Assembly (NCBI GenBank): GCA_000965745.1
Contig: CP009479.1
Coordinates: forward strand, 2,048,001 to 2,112,000
DNA length: 64,000 nucleotides
Direction: 5' to 3'
Origin: an uncultured archaeon
GTDB lineage: Archaea > Thermoplasmatota > Thermoplasmata > Thermoplasmatales > Thermoplasmataceae
Under the pieces are notes generated by a model, which had not been told where the DNA came from, made no database searches, and was given only the letters and a program-made list of their open reading frames with translations. The translations under genes and the position numbers were made by a program. Positions 9,808-20,342 of the stretch are shown piece by piece; the first letter of the stretch is position 1; every line of letters starts with the position of its first letter.

Positions 9808-10889
9808 CAGGAAACTTCTATCAGATCATACGTGGGTGCACTTGTAATTTTCTCGAATCCGTTCTTTTTAACAATCACGTCATCCTCTATGCGGACTCCT
9901 CCAAACTTTGGAATGTACACCCCGGGCTCCACCGTTACAACCATATTGGTTTTGAGGATGAAGTCCAGGTTTCTTCCAAGTGCGGGGTGATCATGGACAT
10001 CCATTCCAAGGCCGTGGCCAAGGCTATGTATGAACCTCCCCTTGTACTTGGTGTCATCAATGATTTTTGATGCTATTCCGTCCAAATCCTTTCCGTTTGC
10101 CCCGTCCTTTATCTCCTTCATGCTCTCTTCCTGGGCATTCCTGACAACTTCATACATATCCTTCTGCTCCTGGCTCGCCCTGCCAAAGACCACGGTCCTG
10201 GTTATGTCAGAACAGTACCTTTTGTACAGTGCGCCGTAGTCCATCAGCACAAAGTCACCCTTTTTCAGTTTAACATCATGGGGGCTGTAATGCGGCATGG
10301 AACTGTTTGCGCCAAAGGCTACTATTGTACTGAAAGAAGGCTCAGAAGCTCCCGCCTTCATCATCTCATAGGCCATTTCTGCTGCCACCTGGGCTTCGGT
10401 TATGCCTTCCCTGAACCTGTCCAAAATTGTGGGCAGGATCTCACTCCCAATCTTTGCCGCTTCCCTGAGCTTCTTGAGCTCTTCCTCCGATTTTATCTTC
10501 CTTGCTTCCGAAATTGAGCTGGAGACATCTATGAACTCTTTATCAGGAATTATCCTCAGCAGTTCCTTGTACAGGTCCATCGTGAGAGATGAGTAGTTGA
10601 GCCCTACTGTGTTCACGTCCTTGAACTCTTCCTTCAGGATATCCCTCATGCCGTTCCTCGAATCGTATACCACAACTTCGTGGCCGGTATCCCTGGCAAC
10701 TTCCTCCTCAAGGGAGGAGGTTATGATCTTGAGATCATCTTTCGTAGCTATGACTGCAGACCCCTCAAAGGAACCGCTTTCGGCTCCAGTAAGATAGAAG
10801 AAGTTCTTGTCAATCGAATTGCCTCCGCCGTTCAGAATCAGTATGGTTTCAGCTTCTCTGGCAAAGGTGAATAAATTCTCATAGCTCAT
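9807..10889 (-). CDS. pepQ: Xaa-Pro dipeptidase (M24B)
   Basis: SMPH, DYGA..YCSDITRT, HSLGHGLGMDVHD, TVEPGVY, GVRIEDD. Confidence 0.93.
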   Translation of the reverse strand: MSYENLFTFAREAETILILNGGGNSIDKNFFYLTGAESGSFEGSAVIATKDDLKIITSSLEEEVARDTGHEVVVYDSRNGMRDILKEEFKDVNTVGLNYSSLTMDLYKELLRIIPDKEFIDVSSSISEARKIKSEEELKKLREAAKIGSEILPTILDRFREGITEAQVAAEMAYEMMKAGASEPSFSTIVAFGANSSMPHYSPHDVKLKKGDFVLMDYGALYKRYCSDITRTVVFGRASQEQKDMYEVVRNAQEESMKEIKDGANGKDLDGIASKIIDDTKYKGRFIHSLGHGLGMDVHDHPALGRNLDFILKTNMVVTVEPGVYIPKFGGVRIEDDVIVKKNGFEKITSAPTYDLIEVS

Positions 10890-10959
10890 GAACCATAAGG
10901 TTGAGACAAAATATAATCATTCTCCAATCGCCGGATTATCGTGCCCAAAGTGTATGGCG

Positions 10960-12036
10960 TCAGAACTTTGCCTTTAAGTCCCTCATCTTGATAGCACGCC
11001 TCATCCGGTTAATCCTGATAGGTAGAGGTGGGTGGGTGATGCCGCCCGAAGCTTGGACTGGTGTCAGATTGAGATAGTTTGTCTTAAGAAGTGCGTTTAC
11101 TGCGGCTTCCTCTGTCTGGAACCTAGATGCAAACATATCAGCCTGCAGTTCATACCCTCTCTTTACGGCGGGGACAAGTGCGGGTATGCCCAGGATGAAG
11201 AGGAATATGCCTGCCTGTGTCAGGAGGGCAGAGGCCAACTCATTTGAAATATAGAGGTAGGAGAAGAACATGACCGCAGACGCAAACAGAAGGAAGAATG
11301 TCAGTGCGAGAGTCTTCAGGTTGTGCCTGTAGATCACATGCCCCAGCTCGTGGGCAAGTATCACCAGCGCCTCATTCTCAGTGAGGTTCTCGAGCAGGTA
11401 ATCAGTCACATACACTTTATTGGACAGTATTCCGGTGCAGTATGCATTTGCCACTTTCATTTTCTTCTCCGGAACAATGCGTATCGTGAATTCCGGCATG
11501 CTGGTTGAGCTTGCAATATGAGAAACACCGGATCTGATAACTTCAGACTGTATCTGGGTGGACATTTTCTCGTATCTAACAAATCTTGGGCTGTAGACGC
11601 TCAGGATGAATGACACCACTATGAATGCTATAACCACGGAAAAGAATTCAATCTGGTTGAATCCCCTGTAAGTTTCCACCAGTACGAATATCAGAACCGT
11701 AAGTACTATTGAAGCCATCCTTATCGTATACATGGAGTAATCTGAATGAATGATATAATAACCAAAACTGACAGTAAGCTCCCTGTATCTCTTCTCCGTC
11801 CTGTATCTTGCGAATATTGCCACAAGAACAGTTGCTATGTATATCGCAACAGAAAGGCCGAGCAGCAATACGCTCTCAATGAAGAATATCCAGATTATCA
11901 GCAGTACAGCAGGCATAAGGAAGAGGAGGATTGAAAAGGGCCTTGTGGCTCCTTTAAGGTGCTGGATATAGTCGATGGACCTCTTTTCCAGCTCATCGTA
12001 TTGAGGAGGGTTTGCACGGATAAGATCCTCTATCAT
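10960..12036 (-). CDS. M48 (HtpX/Ste24-like) membrane metallopeptidase
   Basis: ANAY, AHELGH, ELQAD, THPPLPIRI; start placed at ATG 12036 (uncertain). Confidence 0.88.
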   Translation of the reverse strand: MIEDLIRANPPQYDELEKRSIDYIQHLKGATRPFSILLFLMPAVLLIIWIFFIESVLLLGLSVAIYIATVLVAIFARYRTEKRYRELTVSFGYYIIHSDYSMYTIRMASIVLTVLIFVLVETYRGFNQIEFFSVVIAFIVVSFILSVYSPRFVRYEKMSTQIQSEVIRSGVSHIASSTSMPEFTIRIVPEKKMKVANAYCTGILSNKVYVTDYLLENLTENEALVILAHELGHVIYRHNLKTLALTFFLLFASAVMFFSYLYISNELASALLTQAGIFLFILGIPALVPAVKRGYELQADMFASRFQTEEAAVNALLKTNYLNLTPVQASGGITHPPLPIRINRMRRAIKMRDLKAKF

Positions 12037-12148
12037 GATTATTATACCCGGAGCCGGCTTAAAAGTGTGTACCCATCTCTTTATGGCCTCAGTTCCATGG
12101 ACGGCAAAAAAAGGCAATGCCTAAATTCTGGTCATTAATCATGATCCT

Positions 12149-12778
12149 GTGCTCTTAACGGAAATGTTCGAAAGCATCCAGGGCGAGGGCCCCCTGATCG
12201 GGGTGCCGATGATGTTTGTCCGGACAAACAGATGTAACCTCAGATGCAAATGGTGTGACTCAACCTACACCTTCCAGGGTGGCCAGGAATACATGCTCGA
12301 GTATGTTCTGGACAAGGTTTCCAAGTCCAGAAGCGAATGGGTATGCTTCACCGGGGGAGAGCCACTGTTGCAGAGGGATGCCCCGGAATTCGTCCGTGGT
12401 GCAGTAAAGGCGGGCAGGAAGGTCCTGATTGAGACCGGGGGTTCAATATCCATTGCCGATTTCGTCCGGATTGAAAACACAGTCATAGACATGGACATCA
12501 AGACGCCATCATCTGAAGAGCAGGAAAGCCTGGACAGGAAGAACCTGGAACTGCTGAGGAGCACAGACTATGTCAAATTTGTAATATCAGACGACCGGGA
12601 TTTTGATTACGCCGTTGATTTCCTCGGCAATCTTGGGAAAGATACGCAGGTTGTGTTTCAGCCGGCATGGGGCTCAAGCCTGAAGGAGCTCACCGAAAGA
12701 GTCCTCAAGAATAACCTGAATGTGAGGGTGCTGCCTCAACTTCACAAACTGATATGGGGGGAGATACCTGGGGTCTGA
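12149..12778 (+). CDS. queE: 7-carboxy-7-deazaguanine synthase (radical SAM)
   Basis: FESIQGEG, CNLRCKWCDS, TGGEPLLQ, PQLHKLIWG. Confidence 0.93.
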   Translation: MLLTEMFESIQGEGPLIGVPMMFVRTNRCNLRCKWCDSTYTFQGGQEYMLEYVLDKVSKSRSEWVCFTGGEPLLQRDAPEFVRGAVKAGRKVLIETGGSISIADFVRIENTVIDMDIKTPSSEEQESLDRKNLELLRSTDYVKFVISDDRDFDYAVDFLGNLGKDTQVVFQPAWGSSLKELTERVLKNNLNVRVLPQLHKLIWGEIPGV

Positions 12779-12810
12779 TTTTATAGATATTCGGCATTGC
12801 TGGTGCATAC

Positions 12811-14076
12811 ATGACTGATGTCGCGATTTCGGGCAGGTTCTATTACCAGGGGAGATTCAGGGACCTGACAGTTGGGGTAACAAACGGGATAATATCAGAA
12901 ATCAAGAAGAACCTGAAGGCACAGGTGCATTATTCGGTGGAAGGCGGAATTTTACCGGGTTCAACCGATACACACGTTCATTTCAGGGACCCCGGGGAAA
13001 CTGCGAAGGAAGACTTCTCAACAGGATCGGCAGCTGCTGTTTACGGGGGAACAACCACAGTATTGGACATGCCGAACAACAGGCTGCCAATAGTGGATTA
13101 CGACCGATTTTATGATAAAAAGGCTGCAATCAGGGGGAGATCATACTGCGATTACGGCCTTTACTCCCTTTTTACAGGCGGCAATGCCCAGGTTCTCAGC
13201 AAAGAGAGCATAGCATTAAAGATATATCTGGGGGGAAGCACAAATTCAACCGGACTTGCTTCCATACCCCAGGATCAGATATCAAAACTTCGAGAGGAGG
13301 GTTTCAGGCTCGTTTTTCATGCAGAATCTGATGAATGCCTTGATAGAAACAGAAGGGAGGTGCATTCTCTCGCTGATCATGACCTGTCCAGGCCCGAAGC
13401 TTGTGAGAAGATGGCAGTGGACTACGTGGCATCCCTGAAGTACCCGGATAAAACTGTCACACACATTAGCAGCATGGCATCATTGGCGGACATAAAGTCA
13501 AGGGATTTCAAGATCGAAGCTACACCACACCATCTGCTTCTCAATGAGGCCATGGGCCTTGGCCCTAAAGGAAAGGTCAACCCACCACTGCGGTCAAAAG
13601 ATACCCAGCTCAGCCTGCTAGAAGCGTACGCCGGAGGCAGAATCGACGTGGTTTCTTCCGATCACGCGCCGCACACGGAAGAGGACAAGGATGGATTCGA
13701 GTATGCAAAATCAGGGATAATAGGTGTCGAAACCAGGCTTCCCCTGATGCTCGCACTTGTAAAGAAAGGAATTGTCCCGATGGAAGTGTTTTACCGTACA
13801 GTAATAGAGAATCCACCCGCAAATTTCGGAATCAAAAAGGGGAAGCTTGAGATCGGTTATGTCGCAGATTTCTTCTCGGTGAAGCTCTCCGAAATGCAGA
13901 AGATCAACGAGAACCGCCTCCATTCTAAGAACAGCTTCAGCCCCTTTGACGGGTTCGATGCAGTTTTCCCTGAAAATGTTTTCATCAGGGGATCACCGGC
14001 ACTGGAGAACGGGGAATTGCTTTCTGACAGGCAGGGATTGTTCCTGAACGACATTAAAGGAGCCCGAAATGCCTGA
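12811..14076 (+). CDS. pyrC: Dihydroorotase
   Basis: DTHVHFRDPG, DMPNN, KVNPPLRS, SDHAPH, HSKNSFSPFDG. Confidence 0.92.
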   Translation: MTDVAISGRFYYQGRFRDLTVGVTNGIISEIKKNLKAQVHYSVEGGILPGSTDTHVHFRDPGETAKEDFSTGSAAAVYGGTTTVLDMPNNRLPIVDYDRFYDKKAAIRGRSYCDYGLYSLFTGGNAQVLSKESIALKIYLGGSTNSTGLASIPQDQISKLREEGFRLVFHAESDECLDRNRREVHSLADHDLSRPEACEKMAVDYVASLKYPDKTVTHISSMASLADIKSRDFKIEATPHHLLLNEAMGLGPKGKVNPPLRSKDTQLSLLEAYAGGRIDVVSSDHAPHTEEDKDGFEYAKSGIIGVETRLPLMLALVKKGIVPMEVFYRTVIENPPANFGIKKGKLEIGYVADFFSVKLSEMQKINENRLHSKNSFSPFDGFDAVFPENVFIRGSPALENGELLSDRQGLFLNDIKGARNA

Positions 14077-14734
14077 AGATGTCTATGACGCCCCTCCCAT
14101 GGGATTCGTCTGAGATGTACTCACACTCCTCTTTAATGCTGTCAGTAGCATTTGCCACAGTTGCTTTCCTGACCGGAACCTCGTACATCGCATAGTCATT
14201 GTCAGAATCTCCACACACCAGGACTTCATCCTTGCCCAGGCCGAACATTTCAATGAGCTTTCTTATCGCGAAAGCCTTCGTCTGCCCCTTGCTCATGATG
14301 TGCCATGCGTATGTGCTGTCAACTATTTCGACCCTGTTCAGCCATTCGCCGGGTGTCCTGGCAATCTCGTTCAGCATAGCTTCCCTATCTGCAGAAAATG
14401 CAACAGAAGTTTCTCTCCACCTGTTGGTCAGAATCTCACTTATGCTTGCCCTGTTTTGAAGGTACTTAAAAAACTTCAGTGGAACTTCCTTCGTGAAAAA
14501 CGTCTCAATGGAATCGTTTGAGAGGATCACACCTCCATTCTCACCGAATACTGGCCCGTTTATTCCGAGATATGTTTTAAGCGCATACATCACTGGAATA
14601 ACGTTTCCGCTCACCAGGCTTATCAGCGTTCCCCTCTCCTGCACTTTTGGAAGGGTTTCAACAACTTCGGGGGCTATCCTCCTGTCTTTTTCGCTCAGGG
14701 TTCCGTCCACATCCAGGACTACTAGCTTAATCAC
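14054..14734 (-). CDS. Phosphoglycolate phosphatase (HAD, TA0175 type)
   Basis: DVDGT, SGN, ENGG, GDSDND. Confidence 0.9.
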   Translation of the reverse strand: MIKLVVLDVDGTLSEKDRRIAPEVVETLPKVQERGTLISLVSGNVIPVMYALKTYLGINGPVFGENGGVILSNDSIETFFTKEVPLKFFKYLQNRASISEILTNRWRETSVAFSADREAMLNEIARTPGEWLNRVEIVDSTYAWHIMSKGQTKAFAIRKLIEMFGLGKDEVLVCGDSDNDYAMYEVPVRKATVANATDSIKEECEYISDESHGRGVIDIFRHFGLL

Positions 14735-14781
14735 TGCACGTCACATATATATAAAATTAATAATTATTCCTGTGAAACCAA

Positions 14782-15081
14782 TTGAACAAGAAGGAAATGC
14801 TCGGCATTGCGAAAGAAAGAATCAGTATTCTCCACAGAATCTCAATGGGAGAAAAAGACACTGATATTGCGTCAGCGAGAAAGCATGTGGAGATGATGGA
14901 GGCAATAGCGAAAAGAACGGACATAACCCTCCCTCCAGGAATAAAAAGATCATACTGCAAAAAATGCAAGACCCCATACGGAGCAGAAACCAGGCTCAGA
15001 ATCAAGAAAGGAAAAATCATGCTTTTATCATGCGGTTCCTGCGGTGACAGGAGAAGACTCGTTTATTCACTACACCGCTAA
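14782..15081 (+). CDS. rnp4: RNase P protein subunit Rpp21/Rpr2
   Basis: IAKERISIL, IKRSYCKKC...CGSCG zinc ribbon. Confidence 0.92.
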   Translation: MNKKEMLGIAKERISILHRISMGEKDTDIASARKHVEMMEAIAKRTDITLPPGIKRSYCKKCKTPYGAETRLRIKKGKIMLLSCGSCGDRRRLVYSLHR

Positions 15082-15434
15082 GGCGCCCCGAAGACCATGC
15101 AGTTGCCGGGAAAGCAAGGGCAAATGCCAGGCAATGCTTGCGCTCTTTTTCAAAACCTGAAAGGAGACAAAAAGCAGTGCTCTCTCCCTGATTTTCCTTC
15201 TGAAACAAAAAGTGAGATTGGAGTCATGTTATCCACGCAATGGCCATTACAAGGAACAGAATTAATACTGCAGGAATCATTGTATGAACGACATCTGCCA
15301 ACTCAATAAGCCGGGCACTCCAATAATTGCAGAGTCCGCATGGTCTTAATTTTGAACGTGTAAATCCCTTCCGGCGGCACAGGGCTGCAAATCCCTGTTA
15401 GAATTAGATTGGTTGATTTACGGTACGGATAGTT

Positions 15435-15686
15435 CTACTCTGAAAGTGTTTCAACCTGGAACAGAACCTTGAAACCCTCAAGGGTCGCCTGTATTTTGTC
15501 TGCAAACCATATTGAATCTTCCGTGGTGGCATTATTTCCCCATTCGTATACAAGATCCTGCTCGCCAATGACAGGCTTGAATCCCAGTGACCTGAGTCTG
15601 TTTATTACCTCGCTTGGCTTTGCCCCCTCACTTGAAAAAGTTACTTTGAGATAGGTTTTCATAGGATTCACTCGTAGATTACCCAT
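15435..15686 (-). CDS. Small hypothetical protein
   Basis: MKTYLKVTFSSEGAKPSEV...; likely start is the internal Met at 15662. Confidence 0.75.
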   Translation of the reverse strand: MGNLRVNPMKTYLKVTFSSEGAKPSEVINRLRSLGFKPVIGEQDLVYEWGNNATTEDSIWFADKIQATLEGFKVLFQVETLSE

Positions 15687-15758
15687 TAATATATATTCTT
15701 TTTCTAAACCAACCGCTGCGTTAAAATGCAGGTTATTCTGAAGAAAAATGATGATTAA

Positions 15759-18700
15759 TTAGTTATCATTATCCTTTGAATTCATCTTATATGGCCACCA
15801 GTTCCATTTCTTGAGGAACATCATTATTGTAGGCACGAAGAAGGGCCAGCTGATGAAAGTATCTACAATGACACCGAGTGCGAGGCCAAGGCCTATCTCT
15901 TCCATGATCCCTATGCCGCTGGTATACAACGCGCCAAAGGTGACGAAGAGAAGCATCCCAAGGGTCACAATTACACCTCCGTTTTCCTTGATGCTGAGAA
16001 GTGTTGCCTCCTCGTCGGTTGCCCCTTTCATAACCTCTTCCCTGACCCTTGTCACCATGAATATATCATAGTCCAACCCTACTGCCAGGAGGGTGATGAA
16101 GGTGAATAATGGCAGGAAGATCAGGATAGGCTCTCCCTGGCCATAGTAGATTATCAGGAAGACTGCGGAGAGTGCAGCAAGCACTGATGACACCACCATT
16201 GCAATGAGCCTTATGGGGGTGAACAGTGAACTGAGCTGTATGAGCAGTACTGCGAATATTGCAATCAGAAGGATGGGCACCATCTTGACGAATGTGGATT
16301 CAGTATACGTGTGCGCGTCATTCAGAGATTGCGTCAGACCACCAATGTAGTAGTTCTGTACCGTCCCCTGGGCGGTGGCGCCTGATGATTCCAGAGTGCC
16401 GTTTATGAGCGTTGGAAGGGTTTTTACAAAATTGCTGGCCTGATCCCGCCAGCTGACGGAAGAAAGCTGGAAATCTATGGTCGCAAAGTGTGAATCACTC
16501 CCGATGAACGAGTTTGTTTGATTCCTGTATGTTGAGTTATAGCTCGAAGGGACGGTTGAGAAATCCGGCGGCACAAATGAGCCGTAAGGGAATGTTGGGC
16601 CGTAAACCTGGGTTATCTCATTCTGGTTCATAAGCGCCTTCTCAACTGCGCTTATCTGCCCCATTTCTGTGAGGTTGTAATTTCCGTTTGAAACAAGCGG
16701 AGATGCAAATTTCATTACTATGAATCCACGATCGAAGAAGTCGCCGTTGAACGAATTGTTAACGACTTCCAGTGCCTGGATCCCACTGCTCGATGGCACC
16801 AGGTCGAAAACATTCATGCTAGTCGGCGTCTCGAAGTAAACGTAGGAAGCGAGGAAAGTTACTACGAGGAAAACTACCAGCATCTTCTTCTTGTTGTTCT
16901 TCACAACACCCGCAATCCTTGTCATGGATTTCTCGAGGGGGAATTTCTCGGCGTGCGTTATGTCGGATGGCCAGAACAGCTTTGTGCCAGTCTTTTCTAG
17001 GATTGCGATGAGGAATGTATTGGCCAGAGCTATTGAAATGCCCACGCCTATTGCGTTGGTGAGACCGGAATCGCTGAATATAGGGATATTGGAAAGCCAG
17101 AGTACAATATAGGATAGTGCAACAGTTATGCCGGATGTGAACACAGCATGTCCTGCCCACTGCCCCGCGTCGAATAAAGCTGTGGGGTTCCCGCGCCTCC
17201 TCTCCTGCCTGTATCTTGACATGATGTAGACCACATAATCGCTTGTAAGCCCAAGGATTAGTATCAGGAGCAGTGTCGGGGTGATGAATGAGATCGAGGC
17301 ATGGAACACATACTGGTAGAGGAGTCCATTGAGGCCCATCGAAAGTACTGTTGAGAACGCGAAAATAGCCAGTGGTATGAATGCTGCAACTGGTGACCTG
17401 AAGAAAAGCCCGACGATTATGATGGAAAGGGCAATCCCAATAACAAGGGCGCGAACCATTCCGTTCAATATCTCATTGCTCAACTGCTGATCAAGAGCGC
17501 TTGTCCCTGCCACATAGTAATGGCTGCTTGGAAGCATTCCGCCTGATTTAGAATAGTTGTTTGAAATATCCGTAACAGTGTTTACAACAGTAAGGCTGTA
17601 ATTTTCAGAAAAGCTCGCAATCATTATAGTGGTACTGTTGTCGTATCCAACGAACTGGTGAAACACATACGGAGTTGGAATAACCGGGTAGCTCGCGAAT
17701 GATCCATGGAGTATTTCGCTTCTTACGAGGGATTCTATGTTGTCCGTGCTGTTAAGTGCCCTGAGGAAACCTTCCAGGGTTTGACCATTGTAAGTTATCA
17801 GGGGGTTGCCCTTGAGTGTATACTTGGTCCCGTTTGCTACCATGGGGACCATCAGCTGCATTATTTGAGGGTCGGTAGCAGGCTGTCCGAGTCCGTAAAC
17901 ACTTTCAAGGAAACCATTAACTGTCAGGTTCAGGCTGTCACCAATAAATGATACCAAGGTGGAATTCGACGACAACTGGCTGGAAAATGTGCTGATTGTA
18001 TAGTTCCTGACAAAGCCCGTATAATTTGTATCCTTGTAATAGGACCCTGCTGTACCAAGGTAGGAGAAGAACGAATAATTTGCATTTATGGCATAGATCA
18101 GATCTCTTTGTTGAGGGGTATTCTGAAGCAAAGCGTAGAAGGGGGAAGTTGAATTGTGAAGTGCCCAGTTAATGGAGTCATTCATCGCGTTCTGCAGATT
18201 TGTGGGTGTATAGTATGTGTATGTGCTATTCCAGTACTGGGTGAAGTTGTTCACGTACGAAACAGCTGGTTCAGTGTATCCTGTTGAGTTTACTGTCTGA
18301 GAATACGCCAATGAGACATTTCCACCGGTGTTGGAAAAAACACTTAGATAATATGCCGGAAGTCCATAGATCAATCCAACAGTCTGGTTTACACTGTTGT
18401 TCAGTACAGTCATCTGATTATTGATCGATGAAATCAGTGAATAGGTTGAATTCAACTCCTGTTTGAGGCCTTCGGAGAAGTGGTACAAAGTGCTGTTTTC
18501 AAGGGTGAAAGCAGTGGTAATATTATCGTATCCATTTACAGTCTTGAGATAGGATGTTACGTTCTGCTCGAGGCTGATTATTCCGGCTGCCCCTTTCTGA
18601 GTTGTCACACTGGTGTTACTGGTTACAATAATGAGTGCAGACCCGTTCGAGCCAGGACCCTCAGACGATGAGAAATACTGGGTTTGAAGGTCACTTGCTT

Positions 18701-18875
18701 TCTGAGCCATGGAATTAGCAGGAACAATACTTCCCCCAAGATTGTATGAGGTGTTGCTGAGGAAAAGAGTTGATGACGGGGCAACTAGAATGAGGGCTAT
18801 AACCCAGAAAATTATAATCCCGGTACTGTGCCTAGCTGAGAATTTCGCTATTCTGCGAAACGATGACTCAAACAT
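15759..18875 (-). CDS. MMPL/RND family transporter with large Asn/Ser/Thr-rich extracellular loop
   Basis: GLTSDY..YIMSRYRQE and AVGLDYDIFMVTRVREE repeats; NWWP C-terminus. Confidence 0.93.
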   Translation of the reverse strand: MFESSFRRIAKFSARHSTGIIIFWVIALILVAPSSTLFLSNTSYNLGGSIVPANSMAQKASDLQTQYFSSSEGPGSNGSALIIVTSNTSVTTQKGAAGIISLEQNVTSYLKTVNGYDNITTAFTLENSTLYHFSEGLKQELNSTYSLISSINNQMTVLNNSVNQTVGLIYGLPAYYLSVFSNTGGNVSLAYSQTVNSTGYTEPAVSYVNNFTQYWNSTYTYYTPTNLQNAMNDSINWALHNSTSPFYALLQNTPQQRDLIYAINANYSFFSYLGTAGSYYKDTNYTGFVRNYTISTFSSQLSSNSTLVSFIGDSLNLTVNGFLESVYGLGQPATDPQIMQLMVPMVANGTKYTLKGNPLITYNGQTLEGFLRALNSTDNIESLVRSEILHGSFASYPVIPTPYVFHQFVGYDNSTTIMIASFSENYSLTVVNTVTDISNNYSKSGGMLPSSHYYVAGTSALDQQLSNEILNGMVRALVIGIALSIIIVGLFFRSPVAAFIPLAIFAFSTVLSMGLNGLLYQYVFHASISFITPTLLLILILGLTSDYVVYIMSRYRQERRRGNPTALFDAGQWAGHAVFTSGITVALSYIVLWLSNIPIFSDSGLTNAIGVGISIALANTFLIAILEKTGTKLFWPSDITHAEKFPLEKSMTRIAGVVKNNKKKMLVVFLVVTFLASYVYFETPTSMNVFDLVPSSSGIQALEVVNNSFNGDFFDRGFIVMKFASPLVSNGNYNLTEMGQISAVEKALMNQNEITQVYGPTFPYGSFVPPDFSTVPSSYNSTYRNQTNSFIGSDSHFATIDFQLSSVSWRDQASNFVKTLPTLINGTLESSGATAQGTVQNYYIGGLTQSLNDAHTYTESTFVKMVPILLIAIFAVLLIQLSSLFTPIRLIAMVVSSVLAALSAVFLIIYYGQGEPILIFLPLFTFITLLAVGLDYDIFMVTRVREEVMKGATDEEATLLSIKENGGVIVTLGMLLFVTFGALYTSGIGIMEEIGLGLALGVIVDTFISWPFFVPTIMMFLKKWNWWPYKMNSKDNDN

Positions 18876-18975
18876 GCAAATCCTACGGGCAATTGGAAGG
18901 ATAAAATTAAAGTTTTTCAGTTGAAGAAAATTTGAGGCATAAAGTTCTTGTTCGGTAAGGAGTTTTTAAACTGAG

Positions 18976-19923
18976 GTGCAGGGTGTGGTCATAAGCAGTC
19001 CTTATGAGGACTTTGATCTTTATACATACTTCGTTGAACTCGTGAAACAGATACCTGAAGGAAAAGTTGCATCGTATCTTGAGATCGCAAAGGCACTTGG
19101 GGACCCAGTGGCAGCTGTTTCATGCGCGTACATGCAGTCAGAGCTCAGGGAAGCGCAAAACGTGCCGCTTCACAGAGTGGTAAGGGCATCGGGAGAACTG
19201 GGTGGTTACAAGACAATTGAAGAGGTAAGGGGAGATACAGCCAGGCTGAGAGATGAGGGCCTGACGGTAAGATCCGGGAAGGTAAAGTTTGTCGATTCCC
19301 ACAGATTCACCGATTTTGAAACAGAATACCCGCTGGAAAAAATGAAGGGAGAACAGGAAAAACTCTCAGAGAGAGTGTCCATGGATGACGATTTTGACGA
19401 AGACCTAATAGGCGCGGTGGATGTCTCTTACGACGGAAGAAAGGGTTATGCCGCATTCTCATACGCTGAAGATGACGAATATATCAGCAGGAACCGGTCG
19501 ATGGATGCGAATTTTCCCTACATTCCCGGTTTCCTGTTCTACAGGGAGTACAGGTTCATAAAGCAGCTTGCCAGGAATTTCGGGGGTACCTTGTTAATCG
19601 ACGGCAATGGGCTGATCCATCCAAGATTCTTCGGTCTTGCATCAGCAACTGGCGTTTTCCTGAATAAGGCCACAATAGGGGTAGCCAAATCACTTCTCCT
19701 CGGGAGAGTCAAGCACAACTGGGTCCTTTATAGAGACAGAAAGATCGGTTATGTCCTTAACAGGAACACGATCATCAGCCCGGGGCACAGGATTTCAGTT
19801 GATTCAAGCGTTGACTTCATGATAGGGAAGTATAACCATGTGTATCCTGAGATTCTTAAGATAGCCCACAACAGTACGGTGAAGTTGAGGAGGGAGCAGA
19901 CAAAAATTCTGGAGGCCAGCTGA
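18976..19923 (+). CDS. Alkyltransferase-like domain fused to endonuclease V (AGTendoV-type)
   Basis: QIPEGKVASY..IA and VPLHRVV..SGELGGY (AGT fold); GAVDVSY, FPYIPGFLFYRE, LLIDGNGLIHPR, IGVAKS, ISPGH (EndoV). Confidence 0.9.
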   Translation: MQGVVISSPYEDFDLYTYFVELVKQIPEGKVASYLEIAKALGDPVAAVSCAYMQSELREAQNVPLHRVVRASGELGGYKTIEEVRGDTARLRDEGLTVRSGKVKFVDSHRFTDFETEYPLEKMKGEQEKLSERVSMDDDFDEDLIGAVDVSYDGRKGYAAFSYAEDDEYISRNRSMDANFPYIPGFLFYREYRFIKQLARNFGGTLLIDGNGLIHPRFFGLASATGVFLNKATIGVAKSLLLGRVKHNWVLYRDRKIGYVLNRNTIISPGHRISVDSSVDFMIGKYNHVYPEILKIAHNSTVKLRREQTKILEAS

Positions 19924-19924
19924 T

Positions 19925-20202
19925 TCGGTATTTTACTGGCACCTCATAGCATTCCATGCATCCAGCGCATTCCTTTTGTTGAACGCGTCTCCTGAACAAA
20001 GTAAAACGTGATTAACTTACAGCTGCGTCCATGCTGGACAGAAAAATGGCGGTTTTGCAGAGTCAAACTTGCAGCCTTTCACACAAACCGACATGAGTTG
20101 GACCTCATCTCTGTCTTCTCTGTGATGGTCCTGCATTACGGCATGATGTTTCCCACTGGCATGGGAACTTAACATGGCTGGGCTATTCATTATGAACGAC
20201 AT
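19925..20202 (-). pseudogene. Possible decayed 2x[4Fe-4S] ferredoxin
   Basis: Minus-strand fragments in different frames: (S)C-GLCER-CKFDSA and ECAGCMECYEV-P; needs several frameshifts. Confidence 0.3.
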
Positions 20203-20342
20203 CTATGGGTTCTCAATAAAATTCTTCTAAAATAGAATCCGTGGAATAGGCACCTTCAAGGCAATGACTGCAGACTGCAGTTTTGGCAAATCAAGCTGCC
20301 CATCTCTGAGAGGGCTCGACATAGCATTGAAGTTCCCGGATC

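Noticed and set aside
15082-15434. RNase P RNA, SRP RNA or tRNA-Cys next to rnp4
   Set aside because: No GAGGAAAGUCC/ACAGAA P4 signature, no complete SRP helix 8, and the CTGCAAA hairpin has an 8-nt loop with no T or D arms.
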